Positions 63,450-64,000 of a DNA stretch of 64,000 nucleotides are shown here, one piece after another. Source of the stretch: Oscillospiraceae bacterium (GTDB lineage Bacteria > Bacillota > Clostridia > Oscillospirales > CAG-272); the NCBI GenBank assembly GCA_015065215.1, contig SVQT01000004.1:3264-67263 (forward strand), written 5' to 3'. The first letter of the stretch is position 1, and each line of letters starts with the position of its first letter. Both the position numbers and the translations under genes were made by a program. The notes under the pieces are model-generated. The model searched no databases and was not told the origin of the DNA. It was given only the letters and a program-made list of their open reading frames with translations.

Positions 63450-64000
63450 TTGACTATCGGACAAAGAATAAAAGAAGAACGAAAAAGAAAAGGCTTCTCG
63501 CAAGAATTCGTTGCAAACGCAATAGGAAGCACTAAGCAAGCAATCTATAAATATGAATCAGGTATTGTAACGAATATTCCAACCGACAAAATCTCTATAA
63601 TGGCAGATCTGTTTGGAGTGACCCCTGCATATCTCATGGGATGGCAAACCGAAATCGAGCCTCCACTACCTGCCAACGTTCGCCCTGTCACCACCAAACG
63701 CTTCCCACTCTTAGGCGAGATCGCTTGTGGTGAACCAATTTACGCCTCTGAAGATCATGAGTCCTACATTGACGCCAGCGCAGATATTAAGGCCGACTTT
63801 TGTTTGACCGCTAAGGGCGACAGCATGATCGGCGCCAGGATCCACAACGGTGATGTCGTATTCATCCGGAAGCAACCCATAGTGGAGAACGGTGAAATTG
63901 CCGCGGTAGTCATTGACAATGAAGCTACACTAAAAAGATGGTACTTCTATCCCGAACAAAAGAAATTGATCCTAAACCCGGAAAATCCGACTTTCGCTCC
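63450..64000 (+). CDS. CI/LexA-like repressor (XRE HTH + S24 peptidase), 3'-truncated by the window end
   Basis: TTG 63450 lies behind AAGGAGG. HTH FSQEFVANAIGSTKQAIYKYESG, then PLLGEIACGEP and the catalytic-Ser motif KGDSMIGARI. Not in the ORF track because no stop lies inside the window. Confidence 0.8.
   Translation, partial: MTIGQRIKEERKRKGFSQEFVANAIGSTKQAIYKYESGIVTNIPTDKISIMADLFGVTPAYLMGWQTEIEPPLPANVRPVTTKRFPLLGEIACGEPIYASEDHESYIDASADIKADFCLTAKGDSMIGARIHNGDVVFIRKQPIVENGEIAAVVIDNEATLKRWYFYPEQKKLILNPENPTFA

Larger units (their letters stand above)
45998..64000. mobile_element. integrated temperate element (tail-less prophage-like or Rep-type integrative element); right end beyond the window
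   Basis: CI-like/Cro-like divergent switch at 63.3-63.45 kb. About 27 co-oriented coupled minus-strand ORFs end at the tRNA-Gly gene. Phage/ICE-type accessory genes (PcfJ, PcfK-like, DUF3102, DUF4373). AT-richer distal block with an HUH Rep. Confidence 0.7.

Overview
This 64-kb window comes from a moderately GC-rich, endospore-forming Firmicute. The Clostridia-type assignment rests on a spoIIIAA-AG operon and a V-type ATPase operon in the Enterococcus hirae ntpFIKECGABD gene order.

Positions 1-45.9 kb look like chromosomal backbone. They hold a beta-helix/Flg_new-repeat surface protein, an Fe-alcohol dehydrogenase bracketed by a ~50-nt direct repeat, an AGCS alanine:cation symporter, and tRNA-Arg(CCG), tRNA-Ala(CGC) and tRNA-Gln(CUG) with an orphan feoA between them. 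There are three AraC-associated sugar-modifying loci with decayed DeoR and GDPD remnants. The rest is a YegP-domain protein with a 15-bp x7 coding repeat, an acyl-CoA ligase, YifB/ComM, the ntp operon, spoIIIA (no spoIIIAH), pdxK, DUF1893 plus an ECF-S component, and an AKR-FeS reductase.

From tRNA-Gly(CCC) (45872-45945) to the window end lies an integrated temperate element of more than 18 kb; its right end is outside the window. A divergent CI-like (S24 peptidase) / Cro-like switch at 63.3-63.45 kb drives about 27 co-oriented, tightly coupled minus-strand ORFs.

I recognise no terminase, portal, capsid, tail or lysis genes, and no T4SS. The distal block instead encodes membrane-anchored or secreted proteins (one collagen-like), small basic proteins, a polytopic-membrane/P-loop ATPase fusion and a two-tyrosine HUH rolling-circle Rep next to an iteron/cruciform region. 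This tail-less Rep + membrane-ATPase element is my main candidate for an undescribed system, either a non-tailed virus-like or a minimal transfer element.

All functional calls come from motif recognition by eye. No database search was possible.
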